Shown piece by piece: positions 38,399 to 52,035 of a DNA stretch of 64,000 nucleotides. The notes under the pieces are model-generated. The model was not told where the DNA came from. It ran no database searches and saw nothing but the letters and a program-made list of their open reading frames with translations. Within the stretch, counting starts at the first letter, position 1; every line of letters begins with the position of its first letter. This stretch comes from Octopus vulgaris. Lineage: Eukaryota. A program made the position numbers and the translations under genes. The stretch spans positions 22,196,001 to 22,260,000 of the forward strand of contig OX597841.1 in NCBI GenBank assembly GCA_951406725.2, written 5' to 3'.

Positions 38399-39143
38399 AT
38401 AATTGTCACATATTACATTTACAGATAATTTCCTCTATTTACATAATATCGAGGTCTCTTTCATTCTTTTATCTTACCATTTCTATCAACGTCCGGGTTG
38501 CGGATCCGTGGAATAAGCTGCCGGACGAGATAGTGAAGATGCCGAAGACCGCTCGGTTCAAAGTCTCTCTTGACCAGAAATGGCCTGAACTCTTTGCATG
38601 AACACCACCCTGTACATAACTCCATGTGCCCCTACATGGCCTAGCTTTTTGCTTTTTGAGCCAAATTAACTTAACTTGTATATATATGGAATGGAAATGG
38701 AAATTGCAGCTGTGATACCAGGGCCAGTGGTACATAAGAGAACCATCTGAACGTGGCCATTGCCAGCGCTGCCCCGACTGGCCTCTGTGCCGGTGGTATG
38801 TAAAAAGCACCATCCGATCGGGGCTGTTGCCAGCCCCACCTGGCCTCCATGCCAGTGGTACATAAAAAGTACCATCCGATCGTGGCCGTTTGCCTGCCTC
38901 GTCTGGCATGTAAAAAGCACCCACTACACTCATGGAGTGGTTGGTGTTAGGAAGGGCATCCAGCCGTAGAAACATTGCCAGATCAGACTGGGCCTGCTAG
39001 CATGAAAAGCGGACGCTAAACGATGATGATGATGATAAAGTTATCAAGAAACTATATATAAGGAAAATACTGACATAATTATCAAAGGGCAGTACCTATT
39101 CTATTGGAGTAAACTCAAGTAAAAGTAGACAATTATTGTAGGG

Positions 39144-39340
39144 CAGTGGTTCCCAAACTATGAGTCGTGACCCCCAGATGGGTGACGAATGGAATCTTAG
39201 TGGGTCTCAAAAAGTTATAAAATTACGCATTAGCTTTGATTAACTGCTGTCTATCGAGATAGTTCAAGACTTCAAGTGGGTCGTCATAAACTGGTGTGAT
39301 AAATAGTGGGTCGTGACTCTAAAAAGTTAAGGAACAACTG
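39144..39340. mobile_element. hAT MITE (related right ends at ~40305-40446 and ~40681-40808)
   Basis: TIR CAGTGGTTCCCAAACT...; 8-bp TSD TTGTAGGG/CTGTAGGG. Confidence 0.82.
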
Positions 39341-39539
39341 CTGTAGGGTACTTAAGAAAAATTTACTCACAGAAATTATTGCCTATGGTGCCATCTATGG
39401 TCCACAATGGAGCAAGTCTAAGTAGAGTAGTCTCTCCAATTGGTCAATTACAATTTGGACTGAGGTCACAAGTTAAAACCATTAGAAAGGATTTGTTTGT
39501 AAAATAAATAAGAAAAACGTTAAGGCAGGAGAAGTTAAT

Positions 39540-40300
39540 GATTTACCACAGATATTACAGGAATATGTCTCTCTTGAATGAACATGTTTGTGAGAAGTTT
39601 AAGTACTACTTTGATAGAATGATTTACCACAGATATTACAGTGATATGGCTTCTATCCTGTATGGACACGTTTGTGTGTAGTCAAGATATTACTGCGAGA
39701 GAATAATTTACCACAAATGTTACAGTGAAATGGCTTCTCCCCTGTATGAACACAGTTGTGTTTTGTCAAGTAAATTTTTTGAGAGAATGATTTATCACAA
39801 ATGTCACAAGTGAAATGGCTTCTCTCCTGTATGGAAACGTGAGAATTTAAAGCACTTCGGTCAGAGAAAGACGTACCACAGACATCACAGGGATAGGGCT
39901 TCTCCCCTGTATGAAGACGTTTGTGTCTAGTCAAGTCACATTTTTGAAAGAATAATTTACCACAGATGTTACACTGATATGGCTTCTTCTCCGAATGGAA
40001 ATGCATGTGTGAATTAAAAGCACTTCGCTTAGAGAATGACATAAAACAGACATCACAATGATAAGGTTTCTCCCCTGTATGAATGTTTGTGTGTAGTCAA
40101 GCTAATGTTTTTAGAGAAAGATTTCTCACAAATCATCATCATTATCACCGTTACAGTGAAATGGCTTCTCCCCTGTATGAACACTTTGTATGTAAGACTT
40201 TAAGACACTTTGGTCAGAGAATGATGTGCTGCAGACATCACAGAGGTAAGACTTCTCTCTAGTATGAATACGTTTGTGTGTAATCAAGTTACTACACTGA
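39540..40300 (-). pseudogene. 5'-truncated, frameshifted C2H2 array
   Basis: Finger fragments in several frames (ORFs 39653-40042, 40126-40341); 5' end replaced by hAT-derived sequence; no leader. Confidence 0.85.
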
Positions 40301-41290
40301 GGGACTGAAGACGTAATCTGAAATAAATTTCTTAATTTCATTAATGTTTTTACTCAGTAGAGGGATGTGCTCTGGAGGATTATGGGTTGTCATAAACTGG
40401 TATGATAAATAGAGGGTCGCAACTCTAAAAAGTTTGGGAACCACTGAACTAGACTAAAGGATTTTTTTGACTTCATGATGCTTCCGCTCTTTTGCTACCC
40501 TCTTAAAAAAGCACAGGCTGCATTTCATTGTGGCCCCATCATCAGTAAGGTTCCTTATACACCCAGTAAGTTTATAAATTATTTAAAAAGTATAGGAGTG
40601 ATCACCAGGACGCATTGAACCTTATGTTAATTCTATTATTGAGCGTAGCAAGAGACAGGATCATCCTTCTCACAGGCCTCACTGAAGACGTAATCTGAAA
40701 TAAATTTCTTAATTTCATTAATGTTTTTACTCAGTAGAGTTAAGTGGGTCATCATGAACTGGTGTGATAAATAGTGGGTCGCGACTCTAAAAAGTTTGGG
40801 AACCACTGTTCTAGTGTTAACCGTTTAGCATGTAAACCAGCCACAACTGGACCAAATATGCTACCTCTTTTATTTTCAAACTAACCAGAGTTGGCCTCTT
40901 ACACCTACCCTACAATGTTATTCTAAAAATACTCAATCACATCGTCATCACTTGAAAGCTGTGAGTTAATGCAGGACAAATTGAAAATAACGTGAATAAA
41001 CATCACATTGGACAGAACGAACTACATAGGCGCAGGAGTGGCTGTGTGGTAAGTAGCTTGCTCACCAACCACATGGTTCCGGGTTCAGTCCCACTGCGTG
41101 GCATCTTGGGCAAGTGTCTTTTACTATAACCTCGGGCCGACCAATGCCTTGTGAGTGGATTTGGTAGACGGAAACTGAAAGAAGCCTGTCGTATATAAGT
41201 ATATATATATATATATATATATATACTTATATACGACGGGCTTCTTTCAGTTTCGGTCTACCAAAACTGAAAGAAGCCTGTCGTATATAA

Positions 41291-41326
<36 letters not shown>

Positions 41327-41475
41327 TTATATACGACAGGCTTCTTTCAGTTTCCGTCTACCAAATCCACTCACAAGGCATTGGTCGGCCCGAGGTTATA
41401 GTAAAAGACACTGAACCATGTGATTGGTAAGCAAGCTACTTACCACACAGCCACTCCTGCGCCTATGTAGTTCAG

Positions 41476-41506
<31 letters not shown>

Positions 41507-42629
41507 GTGTGTATATGTTTGTGTGTCTGTGTTTGTACCCCTAGCATTGCTTGACAACTGATGCTGGTGTGTTTACGTCCCCGTCACTTGGCGGTTCGGC
41601 AAAAGAGAACGATAGAATAAGTACTGGGCTTACAAAGAATAAGTCCCGGGGTCGATATGCTCGACTAAAGGCAGTGCTCCAGCATGGCCGCAGTCAAATG
41701 ACTGAAACAAGTAAAAGAGTAAAGAGTATAGTAAAGGGTTAAGTCGTCACTTACAGGGAATGTTTTAGCACAAATATCAGTGGGAACACTTCAGCCCTGC
41801 CATGATCTCGTTTGTGAGAAGGTAATTTGCTATTTTGAGTGAATGACTTCTTGTATGGATATGTCTGTGATCAGATAAGCGAGAACTCATAGTGAATGGT
41901 TTCCCCACAGATATCATTGTGATATGGTTTCTCTTCTGTGTGAAAATGTCTGTGAGTTTCTGATTTGTCATTTCGGGAGAATTATTTACCAGACATCACA
42001 GGAATAGGGTGTCTCAATAAATTAGCTTACTATTAAAAGAGAAATATTTGTTACAGATGCCTTGACTGGCTTCTGTGCCGGTGGCACGAAAAAAGCACCG
42101 TCCGAATCATGGCCGATGCCAGCGCCGCCTCGACTGGCTTCCGTGCCGGTGGCACGTAAAATACACCATCCGATCGTGGCTGTTGCCAGCGCCGCCTTGA
42201 CTGGATTCCGTGCCGGTGGCACGTTAAATGCACCTGATCGTGGTCGTTGCCAGCCTCACCTGGCACCTGTGCCGGTGGCATGTAAAAAGCACCCACTACA
42301 CTCACGGAGTGGTTGGCGTTAGGAAGGGCATCCAGCTGTAGAAACACTGCCAGATCAGACTGGGGCCTGGTGCAGCCTTCTGGCTTCCCAGACCCCGGTC
42401 GAACTGTCCAACCCATGCTAGCATGGAGAACAGACGTTAAACGATGATGATGATGATGTCACAGTCAGATGGCTTCTCACCTGTATGAACACCTTTATAA
42501 TGAGTTAGAGCACTGATGAAAGAGAAGAGATGTTACAGGAATATGGTGTCTCTCCTGAATGAAAATGTTTGTGAGAAGTTAAGCACTACTTTGAGAGAAG
42601 GATTTACTACAAATGATATGTCTTCTATC

Positions 42630-43913
42630 CTACACGAACAAGTATACGAGTACACCACTGTGATAAGGCTTCTCTCCGGCATGAATACGTTTGTGACATT
42701 TTAAAACACTTTGGTCAGAGAATGATGTACCACAGACATCACAGTGATAAGGCTTCTCTCCTGTATGAACACGTATGTGCCTAGTCAAGTTACCTTTTTG
42801 AGAGAATGATTTACCACAAGTGTCACAGTGATATGGCTTCTCCCCTGTATGAATACGCTTGTGAGATTTTAGGGCATTTTGGCGAGAGAATGATGTACCA
42901 CAGACATCACAGGGATATGGCTTTTCTCCTGTATGAATACGTTTGTGTGTAGTCATGGTACTACTCTGTGGGAATGATTTACCACAAATGTCACAGTCAA
43001 ATGGCTTCTCTCCTGTATGAACACGTTGGTGTATAGTCAAGTTATTACTTTGAGGGAAAGATTTACCACAGATGTCACAGTGAAACGGCTTCTCACCCGT
43101 ATGAACACGTATGTGAGACTTCAAGGCATTTTGGTGAGAGAATGATGTACCACAGACATTACAGTGAAATGGCTTTTCTCCAGTATGAATACGTTTGTGT
43201 GTGGTCAAGCTACCTTTCTGAGGGAATGATATACCACAAATGTCACAGTCATATGGCTTATCTCCAGTATGAATACGTTGGTGTTTGGTCAGGCTGTCTT
43301 TTCGCCGGAATGATTTATCACAGATGTCACAGCAAAATGGCTTCTCCCCTGTATGAAAACGCTTGTGAGAATCTAAAGAACTCCGCTGAGAGAATGATGT
43401 ACCACAGACATCACAGTGAAATGGCTTCTCTCCTGTATGAACATGCTTGTGTGTAGTCAAACTACCATGTTGAGAGAATGATTTAGAACAGATGTCACAG
43501 TGATATGGCTTCTCTCCAGTATGAATACGCTTGTGTTTAGTCAGTGAAACATTTATAGAGAATGATTTACCACAAGTGTCACAGTGAAATGGCTTCTCCC
43601 CTGTATGAACACGTATATGAGAATTTAGAGCATTGTGGTCAGAGAATGATCTACTACAGACATTACAGTGAAATGGCTTCTCTCCAGTATGAATACGTTT
43701 GTGTGTAGTCAAGTTACTACTCTGAGAGAATGATTTATCACAAATATCACAATGAAATGGCTTCTCTCCTCTATGAATACGTTTGTGCGCATTCAAGCTG
43801 CTCTTTTGAGAGAAAAACTTTTTACACATATCACACTTATGTGACAATTTTTTTCTCCCTTTTCCTCTATTTTCTGGAAAAATCAGTTTCTTTATTTTCT
43901 CACTCTTTTCCAT
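42630..43913 (-). CDS. Poly-C2H2 zinc-finger protein, 427 aa, 14 fingers
   Basis: Leader plus finger array; degenerate fingers continue to ~41740. Confidence 0.9.
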   Translation of the reverse strand: MEKSEKIKKLIFPENRGKGRKKLSHKCDMCKKFFSQKSSLNAHKRIHRGEKPFHCDICDKSFSQSSNLTTHKRIHTGEKPFHCNVCSRSFSDHNALNSHIRVHTGEKPFHCDTCGKSFSINVSLTKHKRIHTGEKPYHCDICSKSFSQHGSLTTHKHVHTGEKPFHCDVCGTSFSQRSSLDSHKRFHTGEKPFCCDICDKSFRRKDSLTKHQRIHTGDKPYDCDICGISFPQKGSLTTHKRIHTGEKPFHCNVCGTSFSHQNALKSHIRVHTGEKPFHCDICGKSFPQSNNLTIHQRVHTGEKPFDCDICGKSFPQSSTMTTHKRIHTGEKPYPCDVCGTSFSRQNALKSHKRIHTGEKPYHCDTCGKSFSQKGNLTRHIRVHTGEKPYHCDVCGTSFSDQSVLKCHKRIHAGEKPYHSGVLVYLFV

Positions 43914-44681
43914 TATTTTTCTTCAAAAATCACAGAATATAATCTTTTTACACCTTTTTGATTCTATAGTCTTTTGTTTCCAAATATTTCAACTGCTCTA
44001 TTTCTGTCCATTATCACCTTTGTACCAAATCTCATTAGAAAATTTATCCAAGTATAATTTGCACACAGATTCATCTTGTAGACACTCCAGCCAGTGATGT
44101 CCAGAAGGTTTGCTAATAACACAATTCAGAGTAAATATATCAGAGGAATTCCACCACAGATTTATAGAAACAATCTTATATATCTGTTCTGTACAATATT
44201 TCCATTTTGGTCTTTAAAAGATGATAAATAATGAGAATGTATCTTCAGTTATGCCAATGTCATCTGATATTCTGAAATAATAAAGAAACAACAGTGTAAG
44301 ATATAGAGGCTATTTAAAAAAATACAGATTCAACATTTCCATAGAGATAAACTCTAGAAATAAACATTTAACTGAACAACAGAACTTTCTAATTTATTAA
44401 TATTTACATCACAAAATCCTGTTTGAAGCTAACATATTTGTAAACTCCAGCTACACATTCACACACACACACGTTTATATATATATATACTCTTCCTTGT
44501 GTTAGTTGTTTTGACTGTGGCTATACTGGAGCATCATCTTAGAGGGTATTAGTTGATCAAATCAACCCTAGGACTTCATTTTTGAGCCTAGTACTTATAT
44601 TGACCTCTTTTGTGAAACCACTAAATTATGGGGACATAAACACACCAACACTGGTTATCAAACAGTCACAAAGACACACAG

Positions 44682-44716
<35 letters not shown>

Positions 44717-45284
44717 CACATAAATACTCATTAATATATATAGGGCTTCTTTCAGTTTCCATTCCAGAAAGCACGCAATCCCCAAAGTAAAAAAAACCAG
44801 GATTTTATAACATTCAGAGTTCTGAAATGTCCTTGGAAATAATTCTGTCTAAAACCTACAATGATTTCAGTCGAAATCCCTCTAAGCAACATCAATGATG
44901 AGAAAACAAGGCGAAATTACTCATTTTGCCCCGCTTACTAATTTCGTCCCCTTCCCGATACCAAGAAACAAACATTCGATGAATTATAATAAAGCATTCT
45001 TTATAACATCCCACGGAAGTTTCCAGAAGAGTTCTGAAATGTCCATTAGATTAATTCTGGCTAAAACCTACAATAAATTCAGTTGAAATCTTTCTAAGCA
45101 ATGTCATAATGGTGAGAGAATAAGGAGAAATTACTCATTTTGCCCCGCTTACTAATTTCTTCCCCTTCCCTATATCAAGTGATAAATTATAATAAAGCAT
45201 TGGTTTCTCAATATTTCTGTGGTTGGAGTTTATTTTAAGAACATTTCTCCAACTAAAACACACAACAAACAAACGTGGAAAAAT

Positions 45285-45610
45285 GATGGAGCGTGTAGGA
45301 GGTTGCCGCCATAGCTAGAAATAGCAGCCAAATGTGGAACAAAATCTGATTCACAAAGTATCGAAAGGTTAAATGTTTTCGTTGTTTAATACTTACGCAA
45401 ATGTCTTTATAAAGGATGGTGTTGTTGTTGTTGTTATGAGTGCATTAGGTGGGAGAGAAATGTATAATAAATGTGTTTGGGAGTGAATTAATGGAAAATC
45501 TGGCGCCAAACAAAGCTTGTCAAGATGTAATGAATAGAAGCGGAAATAGGTTTAGTGCGCATGCGTATGTAATAGTTGTGCGTGATATTCACATTTTGGC
45601 ACAAGGCCAG
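45285..45610 (-). promoter_or_regulatory. Promoter/exon 1 module of the 42630 gene
   Basis: TGCGCATGCG 45556-45565; donor 45391-45396. Confidence 0.62.
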
Positions 45611-45959
45611 CAATTTCAGGGGAGGGGAGGGTGCGTAAGTCGATTACCGCGGACCTCAGTTGTTAACTGGTATTTATTTTATTGAATCCCAGCAAAAAGG
45701 TGAAAGGCAAACTTTATTTGGATCTTTTCGCTTTGACCGACAGATTTTTAATATAATTTCCACGTAACTAAACACTTTTAAACTTCGTATACTGGTAGAA
45801 TGTGTTACATAAAACATCTTTTTCTCGTGGCTTTCTTGAGAAAATTCTGTAGTTTGTAAGGTATTTGTTCTTTAATTTCTTGCATTTCGGCAATTTCAAC
45901 CAATCAATGACGTCTATTGAGGTGAATACAATCTGTCCGGATCTTTGTCAACAACAATT

Positions 45960-46680
45960 TTTTGCGCTGTCAGCAATTAGAGCAAAGTCATCAGCATAGG
46001 GAAGCTCCCAGGGGCATACTGTCTTGAATTCCTCCGTTATTACCTGGAGGACTATGATAAATAGGAGGGGGCTGAGGACTGAACCTTGATGGACCCCCTA
46101 CCTCTACCCTGAATTCCTCACTGTACTCGTTGCCAACCCTAACCTTAAGTGCAACATCCCTGTACATGGCTTGCACGGCTCTCACTAACCATTCATCTAT
46201 CCCTAGTTTCCTCATTGACCACCAGATAAGTGATCGGGGGACCCTGTCAAAGGCTTTCTCCATGTCAACGAAAGCGAGGTACAGGGGCTTATCTTTGGCT
46301 AGGTATTTCTCCTGCAGCTGTCTTACCAGAAATATAGCATCAGTGGTGCTTTTCCCTGGCACGAAACCAAATTGGATTTCATCCAAATTGACTCTCTCCC
46401 TAATTAGTTGGGCTATGACCTGCTCCCTGACCATCATTACCTGATCCAACAGCTTGATACCTCTGTAATTATTTGTATCTAAACCATCACCTTTACCTTT
46501 GTAGCAGTTGACTATGGTGCTGCTACACCAGTCGTTGAGTATGACTCCTTCGTGTATCACCTGGTTAACTGTACGGGTGACTAGGCTATAGCCGACACTG
46601 CCAGATATTTTGAGCATCTCTGCAGTAATTCCTGATGGGCCGAGGACTTTCCCTGTCTTCATACTTGTAATTGCCTTATC
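45960..46680 (-). mobile_element. RTE-clade LINE reverse-transcriptase fragment (duplicates 52378-53109 and 62392-63112)
   Basis: NYRGIKLL, QFGFVPGKSTTDAIF, FVDMEKAFDRVP, GVHQGSVLSPLLF, YADD. Confidence 0.93.
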
Positions 46681-46775
46681 TATCGAGGTACTGACAACTC
46701 AGATAGCTGGTCAGTACATATATATATATATATATATAAAATCTCATAACAATTCCGCTTGTCATTGTTACTTAA

Positions 46776-46995
46776 CCCTTTCATTACTGTATTTATTTTG
46801 AGATGCTCTCTGTTACTTTCAATTACTTTAAATATAACAAAGAATTTAGTAAAATAACTTAGTTATCATTCAGCTAGTGTTAGGAACATAAATTGTGACT
46901 AAGGTTTGGTGGAAGATTTTAACTCAAAACTTATGAGAACAAGACATTTGTACTTAGAGCCAGAGCCAGTTTCAGCCGGGTTGGTAACGAAAGGG
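46776..46995. mobile_element. Second piggyBac-like MITE family (copies 53191-53410, 63224-63443; inverted partial copy 54831-54985)
   Basis: TTAA-CCCTTTCATTAC...GTAA(C/T)GAAAGGG termini. Confidence 0.75.
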
Positions 46996-48850
46996 TAACA
47001 CATTCACATGATCAGGGAAAGGGGGAGAGAGAGAAAAAGAGTGAGTGAGAAGCATGAAGTGTGACAGGGGAGTACATAATATGTATTACATGATTAAAAA
47101 GTCAGTTCAAAGTGATACAGAAAAGTGTTAGGAATATAATTTCAGTAGAGGGGTGATGTTCTGATGGTGAGATTAAAAAAAGACAGAAAGAGAGAGGGTG
47201 GTGGTGGTGGTGGTGACAATGGTGAGTGCATAGTGAAAAGAAAATTGTTTTTGTTTTTAATTGAACCAAGTTTTTTGTATTACCTATCACTTGACACATG
47301 CGCATCCCAAACTTGCCATTCTCTTTAGAAAGAAACCAGACTCCTGTTCACCTGTCATGCAATGACTATCAATAAAGCTTACAAGGGCAGACATTTCATA
47401 AAGTGGGGCCATTCTTGCCTGAACCTGTATTCAACTATGCTCAGCTGTATGTTGCATTCTGAAGGTCTCGCAAATGATCTGATGTGAGGGTTAAATTTAA
47501 CAAGACTGACAAGCACAGGGAAAGAAGAGGGAGAACTTACACAAACAACATCGTCTGCAAAGAAGTATTCGACTCAAAGGAGTACCGTAAATCCTTGAGT
47601 ATAATATGTAGGGGATTTTTAGGGGGTTGTACAACTGAGAAACCTAAACCTTGTGTATAATACGCACCCCTTCTCTAACTAGAGTCGTGCGTAATTAAGC
47701 CAGCAGTACCTAGTCGAACAAACACTTCCGCGCATGCGTAATACAATAATGGTGATGTTCTTAACTGTTATATGGAAATGTAAATATGTTTGCAAATTGT
47801 TTTTGTTACATGTTTTCGGTGTTCTGAATACTTTTATTTTAATAAATGTTGCTTACTGCAAGTTATGGATGATTCTTTTATGACTTCATTGCTTTCAAAG
47901 GTATTTTCGTGCCCGACATTAGGCAGATGCCAGAGATCCTAGAAGCCATATACACACACACACAGATAGAACGGATTTTATATGAGATGTAATATATAAC
48001 ATCTTATACAAGTTGTTTGTATCAATTTGCTGTCTACACCTGTTGAAATTCTGTGAAACATTGCAAATATGTTAAAGTAACATTCAGTTTGTTACTAGGC
48101 TCATTGAAGTTTAATAAAAAATCTATAATTATATGGCTACGGCCCCTGGAAGGGATCCACATATATAACCAATATATTTTCCTTTAACAGACAAGGGAAA
48201 TACCTCATTCATTTTCCTATAATAAATACCTCTCGATTTATTAAACGAGCTGTAACAAAAATGTGGGATAAATTTTCCTTGCAAACAAGCAAGATAAAAG
48301 CGATTTAGCGAAATATTTGCGTGACGAAGAATTTGTTCTGAGGCTTACGTATTTAGCAGATATTTTTTCGAAATTAAACGACCTGAATTTGTATTTACAA
48401 CGAACAGAAGGTATCAGTATATTTGCAATTCATGACAAAATTTGAGGTTTTATGAAAAAACTTGTCTTGTGGAAAAATTGTATTAACAAGCGAAATTATT
48501 ACCGTTTTGAAACATTTGAAATTTTTGTAATGGAGAATAAAGCAAAAGTTGATGATGGTATAATCATTGAGATATCTGAACACTTGAATAAGTTAAATGA
48601 AAGTTTTGAATTTTATTTTCATAAAGAGATGAATACTATACAACAGAAAAGATGGATTATGAACCCCTTTCAGCCTGACGTGACGACTGGAATATCAACA
48701 AAAGCCGATGAGGAACTTATTGTTTTATCCGAAGACTCTTCCTTGAAAATGACTTTTAACACAGGAATATGGTGTCTCTCCTGAATGAAAATGTTTGTGA
48801 GAAGTTAAGCACTACTTTGAGAGAAAGATTTACTACAAATGATATGGTTT

Positions 48851-50344
48851 CTATCCTATATGAACAAGTATGTGAGAATTTAAAACACTTCGGTCAGAGA
48901 ATGATGTACCACAGACATCACAGTGATATGGCTTCTCTCCTGTATGAATACGTATGTGCGTAGTCAAGTTACCTTTTCGAGAGAATGATTTACCACAAGT
49001 GTCACAGTGAAATAGCTTCTCCCCTGTATGAACACTTATGTGAGAGTTTAAAGCACTCTGGTCACAGAATGATGTACCACAGACATCACAGTGATAAGGC
49101 TTCTCCCCTGTATGAATACGTTTGTGTCTAGTCAAGTTATTACTCTGAGGGAAAGATTTACCACAAATGTCACAGTGAAACGGCTTCTCCCCTGTATGAA
49201 CACGTATGTGATAATTTAAAGCACTTCGGTCAGAGAATGATTTACCACAGATTTCACAGTGATAAGGCTTCTCTCCAGTATGAATACGTATGTGTGTAGT
49301 CAGGCTACCTTTCTGAAAGAATGATTTACCACAGATGTCACAGTGAAATGGCTTCTTCCCTGTATGAAAACGCATGTGCGAATTGAAGGCACTTCGCTGA
49401 GAGAATGATGTACCACAGACATCACAGTGATAAGGCTTCTCTCCTGTATGAATACGTTTGTGTGTAGTCAAACTACCTTTTTGAAGGAACGATTTACCAC
49501 AGATGTCACAGTGAAATGGTTTCTCCCCCGTATGAAAACGCATGTGCGAATTAAAAGCACTTCGGCCAAGGAATGATGCAAAACAGACATCACAGTGATA
49601 TGGCTTCTCTCCAGTATGAATAAGTTCGTGTGTAGTCAAGCTACCTTTTCGAGAGAATGATTTACCACAAACGTTACAGTGAAATAGCCTCTCCCCTGTA
49701 TGAACAAGTATGTGAGAGTTTAAAGCACTCTGGTCAGAGAATGATGTACCACAGACATCACAACGATAAGGCTTCTCCCCTGTATGAATACGTTTGTGTC
49801 TAGTCAAGTTATTATTTTGAGGGAAAGATTTACCACAGATGTCGCATTGAAATGGCTTCTCCCCTGTATGAATACGTTGGTGTGTAGTCAAGTTAATTTT
49901 TTTAGAGAATGATTTACCACAGGTGTCACAATGAAATGGATTTTCCCCTGTATGTACAAGTATATGAGAGTTTAAAGCAGTCTGGTCAGAGAATGATGTA
50001 CCACAGACATCACAACGATAAGGCTTCTCCCCTGTATGAATACGTTTGTGTCTAGTCAAGTTATTACTTTGAGGGAAAGATTTACCACAGATGTCACAGT
50101 GAAACGGCTTCTCCCCTGTATGAATACGTTGGTGTGTAGTCAAGTTAATTTTTTTAGAGAATGATTTACCACAGGTGTCACAATGAAATGGATTTTCCCC
50201 TGTATGAACACGTTTGTGCATATTTAAGCGACCCTTTTGTGAGAAAGACTTTTTACAGACATCACAGTCATATGACAGTTTTTGTTTCCCCTCTTCTCTA
50301 TCTTCTGGAAAAATCAGTTCCTTTAGATTCTCACTCTTTTCCAT
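48851..50344 (-). CDS. Poly-C2H2 zinc-finger protein, 497 aa, 17 fingers
   Basis: Leader [15 protein letters not shown] plus finger array; close paralog of 56250-58247. Confidence 0.93.
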   Translation of the reverse strand: MEKSENLKELIFPEDREEGKQKLSYDCDVCKKSFSQKGRLNMHKRVHTGENPFHCDTCGKSFSKKINLTTHQRIHTGEKPFHCDICGKSFPQSNNLTRHKRIHTGEKPYRCDVCGTSFSDQTALNSHILVHTGENPFHCDTCGKSFSKKINLTTHQRIHTGEKPFQCDICGKSFPQNNNLTRHKRIHTGEKPYRCDVCGTSFSDQSALNSHILVHTGERLFHCNVCGKSFSRKGSLTTHELIHTGEKPYHCDVCFASFLGRSAFNSHMRFHTGEKPFHCDICGKSFLQKGSLTTHKRIHTGEKPYHCDVCGTSFSQRSAFNSHMRFHTGKKPFHCDICGKSFFQKGSLTTHIRIHTGEKPYHCEICGKSFSDRSALNYHIRVHTGEKPFHCDICGKSFPQSNNLTRHKRIHTGEKPYHCDVCGTSFCDQSALNSHISVHTGEKLFHCDTCGKSFSRKGNLTTHIRIHTGEKPYHCDVCGTSFSDRSVLNSHILVHIG

Positions 50345-51714
50345 TATTTTTGTCCAAAAATCACAGTATATAATCTTTTTTCACCTTTTTGATTCTATAG
50401 TGTTTTGTTTCCAAATATTTCAACTGCTGTATTTCTGTCCATTGTTAATTTTGTCCCAAAACATTTTACTAAAATAATCCAAGTTTAATTCTTACATAGA
50501 CTCATCTTGTGGACACTCCAGCCAGTGATGTCCAGAAGGTTTGCTAATAACACATTTCAGAGTAAATATATCAGAGGAATTCCACCACAGATTTGTAGAA
50601 ACAATCTTATATATCTGTTTTGTACAATATTTCCATTTTGGTCTTTAAAAGATGATAAATAATGAGAACGTATCTTCAGTTATGCCAATGTCATCTGATA
50701 TTCTGAAATAATAAAGAAACAACAGTGTAAGATATGGAGGCTACTTAAAAAAATACAGATTCAACATTTCCATAGAGATAAACTCTAGAAATAAACATTT
50801 ACCTGAACAACAGAACTTTTTAATTTATTAATATTTACATCACAAAATCTTGTGTGAAGCTAACATATTTGTAAACTCCAGCTACACATTCACACACACA
50901 CACGTTTATATATATATATACTCTTCCTTGTGTTAGTTGTTTTGACTGTGCCTATACTGGAGCATCATCTTAGAGGGTATTAGTTGATCAAATCAACCCT
51001 AGGACTTCATTTTTGAGCCTAGTACTTATATTGGCCTCTTTTGTGAAACCACTAAATTATGGGGACATAAACACACCAACACTGGTTATCAAACAGTCAC
51101 AAAGACACACAGATATATATATATATATATATGTATATACATATAAATACTCATTAATATACATATATATAGGGCTTCTTTCAGTTTCCATTCCAGAAAG
51201 CACGCGATCCCCAAAGTAAAAAAACACAGGATTTTACAACATTCAGAGTTCTGAAATGCCCTTCGGAATAATTCTGTCTAAAACCTACAATGATTTCAGT
51301 CGAAATCCCTCTAAGCAACATCAATGGTGAGAAAATAAGGCGAAATTACTCATTTTGCCCCGCTTACTAATTTCGTCCCCTTCCCGATACCAAGAAACAA
51401 ACATTCGATGAATTATAAAAAAGCATTCTTTATAACATCCCACGGAAGTTTCCAGAAGAGTTCTGAAATGTCTTTCAGAATAATTCTGGTTAAAACCTAC
51501 AATAAATTCAGTTGAAATCTTTCTAAGCAATGTCATAATAGTGAGAGAATAAGGAGAAATTACTCATTTTGCCCCGCTTACTAATTTCTTCCCCTTCCCT
51601 ATATCAAGTGATAAATTATAATAAAGCATTGGTTTCTCAATATTTCTGTGGTTGGAGTTTATTTTAAGAACATTTCTCCAACTAAAACACACAACAAACA
51701 AACGTGGAAAAATG

Positions 51715-52035
51715 ATGGAGCGTGTAGGAGGTTGCCGCCATAGCTAGAAATAGCAGCCAAATGTGGAACAAAATCTGATTCACAAAGTATCGAAAGGTTA
51801 AATGTTTTCGTTGTTTAATACTTACGCAAATGTCTTTATAAAGGATGGTGTTGTTGTTGTTATGAGGGCGTCGGGTGGGAGAGAAATGTATAATAAATGT
51901 GTTTGGGAGTGAATTAATGGAAAATCTGGCGCCAAACAAAGCTTGTCAAGATGTAATGAATAGAAGCGGAAATAGGTTTAGTGCGCATGCGTATGTAATA
52001 GTTGTGCGTGATATTCACATTTTGGCACAAGGCCA
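51715..52035 (-). promoter_or_regulatory. Promoter/exon 1 module of the 48851 gene
   Basis: TGCGCATGCG 51982-51991; donor 51820-51825. Confidence 0.62.

Noticed and set aside
41027-41100. tRNA-like sequences at SINE heads
   Set aside because: No complete cloverleaf; each continues into a SINE body
47102-47305. His-rich 67-aa ORF duplicated at 54522-54725
   Set aside because: Poly-His comes from a (CAC)n tract; recurrence reflects segmental duplication, and the older homolog at ~33240-33400 does not keep the tract
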